A stretch of 64,000 nt of DNA from Candidatus Gastranaerophilales bacterium (GTDB taxonomy: Bacteria > Cyanobacteriota > Vampirovibrionia > Gastranaerophilales > Gastranaerophilaceae): assembly GCA_944326635.1 (NCBI GenBank), contig CALVEU010000001.1, positions 1,685-65,684 on the forward strand. The letters run 5' to 3'. This document shows, piece by piece, positions 35,172 to 43,680 of the stretch. The position numbers were made by a program, and so were the translations under genes. Within the stretch, counting starts at the first letter, position 1. Every line of letters begins with the position of its first letter. The notes beneath the pieces were generated by a model. That model was not told the DNA's origin. It did no database searches and saw nothing but the letters and a program-made list of their open reading frames with translations.

Positions 35172-35657
35172 ATGAATAGAAGAATATTTTTATTATCTAT
35201 ATTTATAATTAGTTCATTTTTAATGTTGAAAACAAATTTGTCTGTAGCAAATACTTTTGATCGTGTACTCATGAATTCATATGCTAAAGATTTAAGTCAA
35301 AATGAATTATATAATCCTAATAGGCCAGAATGGATAGAATTTTGTCCGATAGAATATATTAATGCTAGTTATGATAATAGAAAATTTGTACCATATTATA
35401 GTCGAATGAAATCATGGGAAAATAATTATTGGGTTGATCGTAAACGTATATTTAATGAGGAAGTTGCTAAATGTGATGCTATATTACAATTAGAATTGAA
35501 AAATTCCTGTTATGCAAAAGTAAGAAGTATTCAATATGCTCAAAATGATAATTTTAAGCATACAAAAATATTAAAGATACAAGAACAAAATGTGCAAGAC
35601 ATGTATGGAATAAAGCAAGTACCTCAAAATATTAATGTTAATTACCGTTACTGGTAA
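35172..35657 (+). CDS. Hypothetical secreted protein (161 aa)
   Basis: Signal peptide MNRRIFLLSIFIISSFLMLKTNLSVA. Own promoter TTGACT-16-TATATT at 35104-35131. Confidence 0.6.
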   Translation: MNRRIFLLSIFIISSFLMLKTNLSVANTFDRVLMNSYAKDLSQNELYNPNRPEWIEFCPIEYINASYDNRKFVPYYSRMKSWENNYWVDRKRIFNEEVAKCDAILQLELKNSCYAKVRSIQYAQNDNFKHTKILKIQEQNVQDMYGIKQVPQNINVNYRYW

Positions 35658-35716
35658 ATATTTATAGTATAATTATTATTTGTATAAATTTATAGGAAAA
35701 TGTTTAAAAAATTCTT

Positions 35717-35748
35717 TTCAAAGGTGGCTTTTTAGTAGTTAAATTTAT
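35717..35748 (+). repeat. Direct repeat copy B (partial terminator copy lacking the 5' arm)
   Basis: ttcaaaggtggctttttagtagttaaatttat. No complementary left arm is present upstream. Confidence 0.75.
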
Positions 35749-35757
35749 ATTTTTTTA

Positions 35758-36426
35758 TCATCTTATTTTTCCTGATTGATAACCTGTCCATAAATATATT
35801 GCAGGTAAGAATTTTTCGATTCCAAGTTTTTTTATAAAAGGTATTTCTGCCATAATTAATGCTCCTGAGATAACGTCTATGTTTGCTAAAGAATCTATAA
35901 ATTTTACATGTCTTTCATTTTTTGTGCCTGTAGTTTTATTTATTTTATTTGATATTTTTGAAGCTAAATACATACCACTAAAAATTCCTGCAAGTAATGT
36001 AAATGCTTTTATTTTATTATTGTTAGTTTGTGGAGTTAAAGCACATAATTTTAATAATGGTTTAATTAAAAGTGTCGGGATAATAGCGTTGAAAAATTGA
36101 AATATTCCTTCATGTATTTTATGTTTTTTATTAGAGTTTTTATCAGCAACTATTCCTCCAGATATTCCTCCAATAATGCTGCCTGTACTGAGCATTATCA
36201 TTTCTTTTTCGGCATATTTAAGTTTGTTAATTGGATTTTTTTGATATTTTGAAATGATTAATAAAGGTAATATAGTTCCGATTAAAGATCCGCTAGCTAT
36301 ACCAATTTGACCACCAAGAGTTAATGGTTCTCTTTTAGGTTTGCTGAAAAAATGATCATTTCTGTTATGTTTAAAACCGAAAGCAGAAAAGGTGTTGCTT
36401 ATATTATTGTTAATTGGGGGTATCAT
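35758..36426 (-). CDS. Hypothetical polytopic membrane protein (MIPPINNNISNTFSAFGF leader)
   Basis: 222 aa with Gly-rich TM helices. No SD within 5-12 nt of the ATG. Confidence 0.55.
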   Translation of the reverse strand: MIPPINNNISNTFSAFGFKHNRNDHFFSKPKREPLTLGGQIGIASGSLIGTILPLLIISKYQKNPINKLKYAEKEMIMLSTGSIIGGISGGIVADKNSNKKHKIHEGIFQFFNAIIPTLLIKPLLKLCALTPQTNNNKIKAFTLLAGIFSGMYLASKISNKINKTTGTKNERHVKFIDSLANIDVISGALIMAEIPFIKKLGIEKFLPAIYLWTGYQSGKIR

Positions 36427-36590
36427 GATTAATGTTTTAACATATCCTTAATATTTTCCATAATATTCATGCCATTTTATATTATATCGAAATATATTAT
36501 TGTCAATATAGGTATAAATTGGGAAATTTTTTGATATAAATATTAAACTGTTATGTTATAATAATATTTGATTGAAAGGATTTTATTTAT

Positions 36591-37424
36591 ATGAAGACTA
36601 TAAAATTAACGAAAATGCAAGGTTGTGGAAACGATTTTGTAATTATTGATTACCCCGAATTTGAAAAGACCGGAATGAAAATGGATGAACTTGCAAAAAA
36701 AGTTTGTGATAGAAATTTTGGAGTTGGTGCAGATGGGATGATTATTCCAAAACTTGATACCAAAGATACTGATTTAGGCTGGTATTTTTATAATTCAGAC
36801 GGTTCTACCGCTCAAATGTGCGGTAATGGTATGAGATGTTTTGCTAAATATGCTTATGATAACAAACTTGTTGATAAAAAAGCATTTAGTGTAGAAACTC
36901 TTGCAGGTGTGATAAAACCTGAACTTTTAGAAAATGGTTTAATCAAAGTAAATATGGGCAAACCTATTTTAGAGGATAAAAAAATTCCTTTCTGGGGCGA
37001 AAGAAAGTTGACTGCTCTTGATAGAGAATTTGAAATTACGCCTGTTTCTATGGGAAATCCTCATTGTGTAATTATTACAGATGAAGATCCTATGGAATTG
37101 GCTGTTAAATACGGACCTGTGATTGAAAAACACGAATATTTCCCTGAAAAAACTAATACTGAATTTGTTAAAGTTAAATCTCGTATGGAAATCGATATGA
37201 GAGTGTATGAAAGAGGTTGTGGAATTACTTTAGCTTGCGGTACAGGAGCATGTGCTAGTGTTGTTTCATGTGTTTTAAATAACTTAACAGAACAAAAAGT
37301 TAAAGTTAATCTTTTAGGGGGGTCTGTATTCGTTGAATGGCAAGGTTCTAAGGATGATACTGAGAAAGATATTTTCTTAATCGGTTCTGCAAATTACAGC
37401 TTTTTTGCAGAGTATATATTGTAA
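36591..37424 (+). CDS. dapF: Diaminopimelate epimerase
   Basis: MQGCGNDFVIID, NSDGSTAQMCGNG, GNPHCV, ERGCGITLACGTGACA. Confidence 0.95.
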   Translation: MKTIKLTKMQGCGNDFVIIDYPEFEKTGMKMDELAKKVCDRNFGVGADGMIIPKLDTKDTDLGWYFYNSDGSTAQMCGNGMRCFAKYAYDNKLVDKKAFSVETLAGVIKPELLENGLIKVNMGKPILEDKKIPFWGERKLTALDREFEITPVSMGNPHCVIITDEDPMELAVKYGPVIEKHEYFPEKTNTEFVKVKSRMEIDMRVYERGCGITLACGTGACASVVSCVLNNLTEQKVKVNLLGGSVFVEWQGSKDDTEKDIFLIGSANYSFFAEYIL

Positions 37425-37484
37425 AATCTTGTATTTCCATGATAATATTGATTTATAGCCAAAATATAAAAAGGAGAAAATAAA

Positions 37485-37781
37485 ATGAAAAATTATGAAT
37501 TATTGACTGTATTTAAGCCAAATTTAGATGCAGAAGAAGTAGATAAAGCAGTTGAAAGATTAGGCGCTTTAGTTTCTGAATTAGGCGGTAAAGTTGAATC
37601 TACAGATAAAACAGGTAGAAAAAAATTAGCTTACGATATCCAAAACTTTAGAGATGGATTTTTTGTAACTACAGTTTTAAGCTTACCTGCTGAAAAAGTT
37701 GCAGAATTCAGACGTCAATTAAGATTAAGCGACAATATTTTAAGAACAATGTTCTTAGAATCATCAAAAGCAGCAGTTTAG
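37485..37781 (+). CDS. rpsF: 30S ribosomal protein S6
   Basis: MKNYELLTVFKPNLDAEE...GRKKLAYDI. SD AAGGAGA. Confidence 0.95.
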   Translation: MKNYELLTVFKPNLDAEEVDKAVERLGALVSELGGKVESTDKTGRKKLAYDIQNFRDGFFVTTVLSLPAEKVAEFRRQLRLSDNILRTMFLESSKAAV

Positions 37782-37838
37782 TTAAAAAGAAAGGATATAT
37801 TTGTAAAATTCTTTGCAAATATATATGATGGGTGAAAG

Positions 37839-38240
37839 ATGTCACTTGCAAAATCAGTAGTTACAGGAACAGTTTATAGAGCACCGGAAAAACGTTTTAC
37901 TCAAAATAACGTTGCAGTGTCTGCTTTCGTTCTTAATATCGGCGAAAGAGAAGAAACTTTGATTAGAGTATTATCAAAAAGAAATGCTCTTGATGAAATT
38001 GTTTCCTCATTGACTAAAGGTGAAAGAGTTCTTGTAGAAGGCAGACTCCAAACAGCTGCTGTAAAAATGGATGATGGCTCAGAAAAAAGAATTTATGAGA
38101 TCGATGCTAATACAATCGAAATTCTTGGTGAAGGAGCTTCAGTCCCTGCAAACCAAAAATTTGGAACAGAAGAAATCGTTAAATTTGAATCAGATGACAT
38201 GTCAAATGAATTGATTAACGAAGACGAAATTCCATTCTAG
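37839..38240 (+). CDS. ssb: Single-stranded DNA-binding protein
   Basis: OB-fold N-terminus and an acidic tail ending DEIPF. Located between rpsF and rpsR. Confidence 0.9.
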   Translation: MSLAKSVVTGTVYRAPEKRFTQNNVAVSAFVLNIGEREETLIRVLSKRNALDEIVSSLTKGERVLVEGRLQTAAVKMDDGSEKRIYEIDANTIEILGEGASVPANQKFGTEEIVKFESDDMSNELINEDEIPF

Positions 38241-38376
38241 GAGCGTAGCCGCTCCACCCGCCAATTAGATTTTGCATAAGTTTGCAAAATGTTGGCTAAA
38301 GAAAAAGGAACGTAGCCACTCCACCCGCCAATCGGATTTTGCATAAGTTTGCAAAATGTTGACTAAAGAAAAAGGA
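38241..38376 (+). repeat. Family-1 repeat: two tandem units (69 and 67 nt) directly after the ssb stop codon
   Basis: Units at 38241-38309 and 38310-38376 differ at only about 5 positions. Each contains GCGTAGCC(G/A)CTCCACCCGCCAAT and the hairpin ATTTTGCAtaagttTGCAAAAT. They are the reverse complement of the 31293-31473 units. Confidence 0.9.
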
Positions 38377-38474
38377 GTGTAATCTCTCCTCCAGTTAAAT
38401 TTAACAGACTGGAAAAAATGTGAAAATAATAAGTAGTAGAAAATAAAATAGGCTAGAAAGGCTAAATTAAAAAA

Positions 38475-38708
38475 ATGGCAAGACAAAACAGCGATGAAAA
38501 GAAAAAACGTAAAAATTGCAGTCTTTGTGCAGACAAAGTAGAAGCAATTGATTACAAAGATGCAGCTAAATTAAAAAGATACTTGACAGAAGCTGGAAAA
38601 ATTATTCCTCGCAGAATTACAGGTAACTGTGCTAAGCACCAAAGAATGATTGTAAGAGCAATCAAACGTGCTAGAGAAGCTGCAATTATCGATTACGTTT
38701 TCGATTAA
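38475..38708 (+). CDS. rpsR: 30S ribosomal protein S18
   Basis: [46 protein letters not shown]. Confidence 0.95.
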   Translation: MARQNSDEKKKRKNCSLCADKVEAIDYKDAAKLKRYLTEAGKIIPRRITGNCAKHQRMIVRAIKRAREAAIIDYVFD

Positions 38709-38712
38709 TTTG

Positions 38713-38747
38713 AAAAAAGACCGATAAATTTTTTATCGGTCTTTTTT
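38713..38747. terminator. Bidirectional intrinsic terminator (rpsR / TPR-protein gene)
   Basis: AAAAAAGACCGATAAA-ttt-TTTATCGGTCTTTTTT. Confidence 0.8.
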
Positions 38748-40019
38748 TTATTTTTTATTTTCAAAAATTATTTTGTAATACATATCTGCTTTTACATATT
38801 TATTTATTGGTTTCTTTTTCCACAATTTTATATTAATTTCTGCAGGTAGTCTTCTAACTGAAAACATTAAGTCATTTTGCATTGGAGAAATATTATTACA
38901 GCCATCTTTGTATTTACAGCTTCCTCCTTGATGTATGTAATCTCTAAATGTTGATATATCTTTTGTTGCGTTATTATACTCTGAATACATTTTTATATTC
39001 TTTGTATCAAATATATACATATAATCATATCCAAAATCTCTGGCATTTAACCCTGATAATTGGATTACATATCTTGATGATTGTCCGTTTATATTCGATC
39101 TAAATTTCAAGAATTTTTTTGTTAATTCGTACTTAGCAACAATTGATTTATTTTTTTCATCATTTTGCAATGAAATAGGTAAAAAGTCAGAATAATCAGA
39201 TGTGCAAAATTCTTTGTTAGTACCAATATCCCAAGGTATATATGGCATGCTCAATCCGACCAAAGTATTTGGGTTATTCATTAGAACACTCACTTTTGAT
39301 GGACCTTGAATATTTTCGTGGTGATCACCTTTATAGTTTAATTGATTACATTTAATTGAACCCCACCAAGGTTTGTTATCGACTATGCTGCCGAAGACAG
39401 CTGTGTTTGGTTCATAATTATCTTTGGTAAACAGTGAATGTTTAACATGTTGTTTTCTAATATCAAATATTTGCTGTTTAGATAAATAATCATATTCAGA
39501 TGTAGGATTTACTTTTAGTGTTTGAAAAGTTGAATAATCATTAATTTTTAAAATATTATTATCGTTATGTCCGAAAATAAAAAATGGGAAAAAATAAAAT
39601 ATAATAACTAAGAATATAATAATTTTAGCAGACACTAATATACTTACCGGTAATTTTTCTAATAAAAGTGGTGCATTAAATTTACTCTCATGTTTATCAA
39701 GTCTTTCTTCTAAATCCCGCAAGGTTTTGTCATAGTAGGTACAATCTTTTAGATTTTGTTTTGCAATTTCATTATTAGGCTCAATTTCTAAAATTTTTTT
39801 ATATGTGAAAATAGCATTATCATAATCGTCGATTAATTCATAATAAAATCCTTTTAAAGATAGAATTTCTGTATTTTCTGGATCAAAAGTGAGAAGCTCA
39901 TCGATTTCGTTTATTAGTTTTTCTATTTCGTCTTTTTTTGATTTTAAATTTGAGGGTTCAATAGTCTCAATAAAACTTTCAATTTTTTCAAGTCTTGATT
40001 GGAATTCTTCTTTATTCAT
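38748..40019 (-). CDS. TPR-repeat, single-pass membrane protein with unknown ~270-aa extracytoplasmic domain
   Basis: The N-terminal TPR-like segment (LSLKGFYYELIDDYDNAIFTYKKILEIEPNN) is followed by the TM helix ILVSAKIIIFLVIIFYFFPFFIF. Last gene of a 5-gene minus-strand cluster. Confidence 0.6.
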   Translation of the reverse strand: MNKEEFQSRLEKIESFIETIEPSNLKSKKDEIEKLINEIDELLTFDPENTEILSLKGFYYELIDDYDNAIFTYKKILEIEPNNEIAKQNLKDCTYYDKTLRDLEERLDKHESKFNAPLLLEKLPVSILVSAKIIIFLVIIFYFFPFFIFGHNDNNILKINDYSTFQTLKVNPTSEYDYLSKQQIFDIRKQHVKHSLFTKDNYEPNTAVFGSIVDNKPWWGSIKCNQLNYKGDHHENIQGPSKVSVLMNNPNTLVGLSMPYIPWDIGTNKEFCTSDYSDFLPISLQNDEKNKSIVAKYELTKKFLKFRSNINGQSSRYVIQLSGLNARDFGYDYMYIFDTKNIKMYSEYNNATKDISTFRDYIHQGGSCKYKDGCNNISPMQNDLMFSVRRLPAEINIKLWKKKPINKYVKADMYYKIIFENKK

Positions 40020-40023
40020 ATTA

Positions 40024-40908
40024 TTACCCTCTATATTTTCTTTCTCTTAATTTGTCTGCAATTAGCCAAATATCAATTATAAATGATGCAATTATCAGTA
40101 CAAAAAATGGTAAACATACTATAAATAAGTTGCTTTTATATGCAGATTCAATTACATCTTTTGCAGTATATGCAATTGTAATGCCTATAATAAACAATAC
40201 AATTGACAAATATTTAAAATTATTTTCTACTTGATTGGATAATATTTGTTTAAAACCTTTATTTAAATAAGTATCAATTTTTTCTTTAATATCATTCGTG
40301 TTACCTGGACCAGAAAAATTATATGTAAAATTATTTACACTTCTTGTGTAGTCAATAATTTTATAAATTGTCCGCATAGGAAAACTTGATGTATTTGAAA
40401 GAGAAAATGTTTTATTATTCAAGACTTTAAAATTTAATACAATTTCTTTTAATGCAGTTGTATACCCGTATTTTGTACTCACAAGATCTGTAATGATAGT
40501 CATTTGAAGTGAATTTATATCATTATAACCGCATACAAAATTGTATTGTGGTCTGTTGAAATTGAAATTTATTCTTCCTTGTAAAAAATCTATAGATTTA
40601 AGATTTAATTTAGAATTAAATTCCTTTAAAGCTTTTTGTCTTGTAATAATAGATAAAATAAATCCTAAATAGACAACTAATGGCAAAATTATAAATAAAA
40701 CCCAAGCCATCCAAAAGCCGTCAGGTTCTATTGCGAAGACAGTATTAAACGCATTTTTTACCCAATTACAAAAACTCTCTATAGATGCAGCTTCGGAAAT
40801 ATTCATAAAATAAGCTAATAAAAGTGCAACAGTATAAATTATACTGAATATCCCCCACATTATGGGTATGCTTAGTGAAGTTTTTTGTGAAACGTTATTT
40901 ATGTGCAT
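40024..40908 (-). CDS. Hypothetical membrane protein (4 TM helices with a central soluble insert)
   Basis: 294 aa. Hydrophobic helices at both ends. 4-nt gap to the downstream TPR gene. Confidence 0.55.
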   Translation of the reverse strand: MHINNVSQKTSLSIPIMWGIFSIIYTVALLLAYFMNISEAASIESFCNWVKNAFNTVFAIEPDGFWMAWVLFIILPLVVYLGFILSIITRQKALKEFNSKLNLKSIDFLQGRINFNFNRPQYNFVCGYNDINSLQMTIITDLVSTKYGYTTALKEIVLNFKVLNNKTFSLSNTSSFPMRTIYKIIDYTRSVNNFTYNFSGPGNTNDIKEKIDTYLNKGFKQILSNQVENNFKYLSIVLFIIGITIAYTAKDVIESAYKSNLFIVCLPFFVLIIASFIIDIWLIADKLRERKYRG

Positions 40909-40960
40909 ATAACCAACCTTTTTTTATTATACAGATTTTTATGAAATTGTAAATATGGAT

Positions 40961-41743
40961 TTATTTTTGTTGAATTAATTTCAATCTTTGTTTAGTTGAT
41001 GGGTGAGTTGAAAAATATTGGAGATATTCAGGCATTTTGTCTTTTTTCTCTAAGAATTTGAAGAATTCAACAGCTCCTGTATTTCTTCCGTATAATTTGT
41101 AAACTATTTTGTTTGCGTATAAATCAGCTTCTTTTTCTTGTTTTCTTGAATAGTTTAAGCTATTCAAGTCAGAAATACTGTTTATAGTTATATCCAAGTT
41201 ATTATTTCCTGCAGAAAATATTGATATTACAGCAGATATAATAATTTGTCTGCTTATAGTTTTTAAATGGTCTCTGTGTGCGTAATGCCCAAGTTCATGT
41301 GCAAGTATAAATGCCAGAACTTCTTCATCTTTAATTTCTTTTAGTAAACCTTTTGTGAAAAATATTGTACCGTTTGGTGTTACAAAGGCATTAATTTCTT
41401 TTTTATCTATTTTATAGATAGGAAACTTTGATTTACCTTGTAATTTTTTATCCAAAGGTACAATTTCATCTCTTATATTTTCAAGAACTTCAATATCTTT
41501 ATCTCTATTTTCTACAATAGGGTTTATGCTATAAGAAAAAGCGTTTTCAATTTTCATTTGGGTTTCATCTGACATTCTGTCAATGAAAAAATTCCCGATT
41601 GCATCTGCGAAAATATATAGTGCAAAAAGTAGTGCTGCAATGCCTGAAATTAAAATTATAAATTCAATTCCGACATTAGATTTTCCGACATTTACATTGT
41701 CTTCTATTACGTTTAAATATCTTTCTTCCAGACTTTTATTCAT
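40961..41743 (-). CDS. M48-family zinc metalloprotease
   Basis: HELGHYAHRDH (HExxH), with EADLYA downstream. One N-terminal TM helix. Confidence 0.8.
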   Translation of the reverse strand: MNKSLEERYLNVIEDNVNVGKSNVGIEFIILISGIAALLFALYIFADAIGNFFIDRMSDETQMKIENAFSYSINPIVENRDKDIEVLENIRDEIVPLDKKLQGKSKFPIYKIDKKEINAFVTPNGTIFFTKGLLKEIKDEEVLAFILAHELGHYAHRDHLKTISRQIIISAVISIFSAGNNNLDITINSISDLNSLNYSRKQEKEADLYANKIVYKLYGRNTGAVEFFKFLEKKDKMPEYLQYFSTHPSTKQRLKLIQQK

Positions 41744-42185
41744 AAGTTATTGCTGTTCCATATGCAATAATTGCACATTGAGGTACGCTTTCTTGTCCGT
41801 ATGTATCATTTATCATAACAGATTCTATACGTGCATTTATGATGAAGTTTGCGCCTCTAGCTTTTTCTCTCATGCGTAAAACTGCTTCTCTTCTGCCTCT
41901 ATCAAGAACAGATTCAAAAGTAGTCAATCTACCGCCGAAGAAGTTTTTCAAAGATGCAACGAAGTTTTTAAAATAATCACCGCTTATTACGCATTCACCT
42001 GTTACAAGTTCTATTTTTTTAATTTTTTTATTTGTATGCCAAGTTTTTGCACCAAAGTTTACAATAGGTTTTTTGATTAAAGCAATTTCTCTTTTTTTTA
42101 TATTTTCAAAATGTTTTTTTTCAATAATACTTCCTGTAATAAAAGTTACACCAAGTACTATTAATAATAGTATTATATCGCTCAT
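41736..42185 (-). CDS. YbjQ/UPF0145-family protein with an N-terminal TM anchor
   Basis: VTGECVISGDYFKNFVASLKNFFGGRLTTFESVLDRGRREAVLRMREKARGANFIINARIE...YGTA. 8-nt overlap with the M48 gene. Confidence 0.75.
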   Translation of the reverse strand: MSDIILLLIVLGVTFITGSIIEKKHFENIKKREIALIKKPIVNFGAKTWHTNKKIKKIELVTGECVISGDYFKNFVASLKNFFGGRLTTFESVLDRGRREAVLRMREKARGANFIINARIESVMINDTYGQESVPQCAIIAYGTAITYE

Positions 42186-42190
42186 ATGAA

Positions 42191-42520
42191 TTATCCTTTT
42201 GGTTCAACTTTTACGGCAGTACCATATGCGTATACTTCAGCAGCACCTACTGTAACTGATGATGTTGCTAATCTTACATTAACAACTGCATTTGCCCCCA
42301 TTTTAACTGCTTGTTCTTGCATTCTTGCAATAGCTTCTTTACGTGCTTCTGTTAAAAGTTCTGTATAACTTTTTAACTCTCCGCCTACCATGTTCTTTAG
42401 ACCTGCACCAAAATCTTTAATAGCGTTTTTAGCTCTTACAGTGCTGCCTGTCACAAGACCATACTGTGCAACGATATTCATTCCAGGTACAGTTTCAATA
42501 TTTGTTAAAATCATTTTCAT
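42191..42520 (-). CDS. YbjQ/UPF0145-family protein (soluble)
   Basis: VTGSTVRAKNAIKDFGAGLKNMVGGELKSYTELLTEARKEAIARMQEQAVKMGANAVVNVRL...YGTAV. Start set at MKMILTN (42520) behind GGAGG. Confidence 0.8.
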   Translation of the reverse strand: MKMILTNIETVPGMNIVAQYGLVTGSTVRAKNAIKDFGAGLKNMVGGELKSYTELLTEARKEAIARMQEQAVKMGANAVVNVRLATSSVTVGAAEVYAYGTAVKVEPKG

Positions 42521-42596
42521 AACCTCCGCTTTGATATTATCATCGAAAGGAGGTTTTGAAATCATCTACTTATATTATTAAAATATTTAGATACAG

Positions 42597-42761
42597 TTAT
42601 TGTTTAAAATTTTGTAAAGCATAGTCAATGCATTGAACTATTAACTCATTTCTGCTTATATCAATTTTTTTAGATAATTTATCAATATTTTTTAGAGTTT
42701 CAATATCAAGTCTAATGCTAATAACTGTTTTTTCTTGTTTAAACGGTTTAAATTCTTTCAT
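42597..42761 (-). CDS. Ribbon-helix-helix (CopG/Arc/MetJ-like) DNA-binding protein, 54 aa, absent from the ORF track
   Basis: My translation is MKEFKPFKQEKTVISIRLDIETLKNIDKLSKKIDISRNELIVQCIDYALQNFKQ*. It has a beta-strand (VISIRLD) followed by two helices. Divergent from the pilin-like gene at 42874. Confidence 0.6.
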   Translation of the reverse strand: MKEFKPFKQEKTVISIRLDIETLKNIDKLSKKIDISRNELIVQCIDYALQNFKQ

Positions 42762-42873
42762 TTTTTTATTGTATTCAAATCAATAAGATTAATATATATT
42801 CAAAAATACAATACATATAGTATTTAAATAATGATTATAATATGGTAAGTTTTTTTATATAAAGGAGGGTAAA

Positions 42874-43659
42874 ATGAATAAACAAATACAAGCATTCACT
42901 TTGGCTGAAATATTGATAACCATTGGTATTATAGGAGTTGTCTCAGCAATGACTCTGCCTTTACTTGTGCAAAATTACAAAAAACAGGAATATGTGAATC
43001 GTTTAAAACAAGGTTTATCAATCTTAAATAATACTTCTAGATTAATAATGACTGAAGATGAAGTTTCTAATTTCCAAGATACTAGTTTTTATATTGATGC
43101 ATTTAATAGCATTCCTGTAAAAGGAGGAAGTCGTCTTGAGTTAGATCAAACTTCAGATAATTTTAATAAATTTATGCTTAATAGACTAAATAAATATATT
43201 AGATTTTCAACATATAGATGTAATGGGGACAAAGATTCATATTGTTTAAAGAAAAATTTAAATATTTTATCTCAAGATACTTATTATCCAAAGAATACTA
43301 CACTTATTATGCTAAATAATGGTATGAGTTATTATTTAACATATATTTATATTGATTATTCCAATAATACATCAAGGCAACCGAATAGTGCATGTGGATA
43401 TGCAATAGTGGATGTAAATGGAATAACATTGCCTAATCAACTTGGCAAGGATAAATATATTTTTTGGATGGGATGTGATGGCAGTTGGTATCCTCAATAT
43501 GGTGCTACATATGCTCGTTGGATTGCAGGGGACAATAATTGGATAACATCAAATAATTATTGGAAAAATTTAGCATCTGTTTGCAGTGTAAAAGTTCAAT
43601 CAAAAGGTGAGGGTTGTGCTGCAAAAATTATTGAAGAAGGTTGGAAAATTAATTATTAA
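42874..43659 (+). CDS. Type IV pilin/pseudopilin-like protein (prepilin N-terminal methylation motif)
   Basis: MNKQIQAFTLAEILITIGIIGVVSAMTLPLLV, VDVNGITLPNQLGKDKYIF, and C-terminal GCAAKIIEEGWKINY. SD AAGGAGGG. Confidence 0.9.
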   Translation: MNKQIQAFTLAEILITIGIIGVVSAMTLPLLVQNYKKQEYVNRLKQGLSILNNTSRLIMTEDEVSNFQDTSFYIDAFNSIPVKGGSRLELDQTSDNFNKFMLNRLNKYIRFSTYRCNGDKDSYCLKKNLNILSQDTYYPKNTTLIMLNNGMSYYLTYIYIDYSNNTSRQPNSACGYAIVDVNGITLPNQLGKDKYIFWMGCDGSWYPQYGATYARWIAGDNNWITSNNYWKNLASVCSVKVQSKGEGCAAKIIEEGWKINY

Positions 43660-43680
43660 TGAATATAACTTTTAGAAATT

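Noticed and set aside
38265-38486. 73-aa minus-strand ORF in the ssb-rpsR spacer
   Set aside because: It runs entirely through the two family-1 repeat units and into the rpsR start. Its sequence is the translated repeat, with no SD and no coding-like composition.
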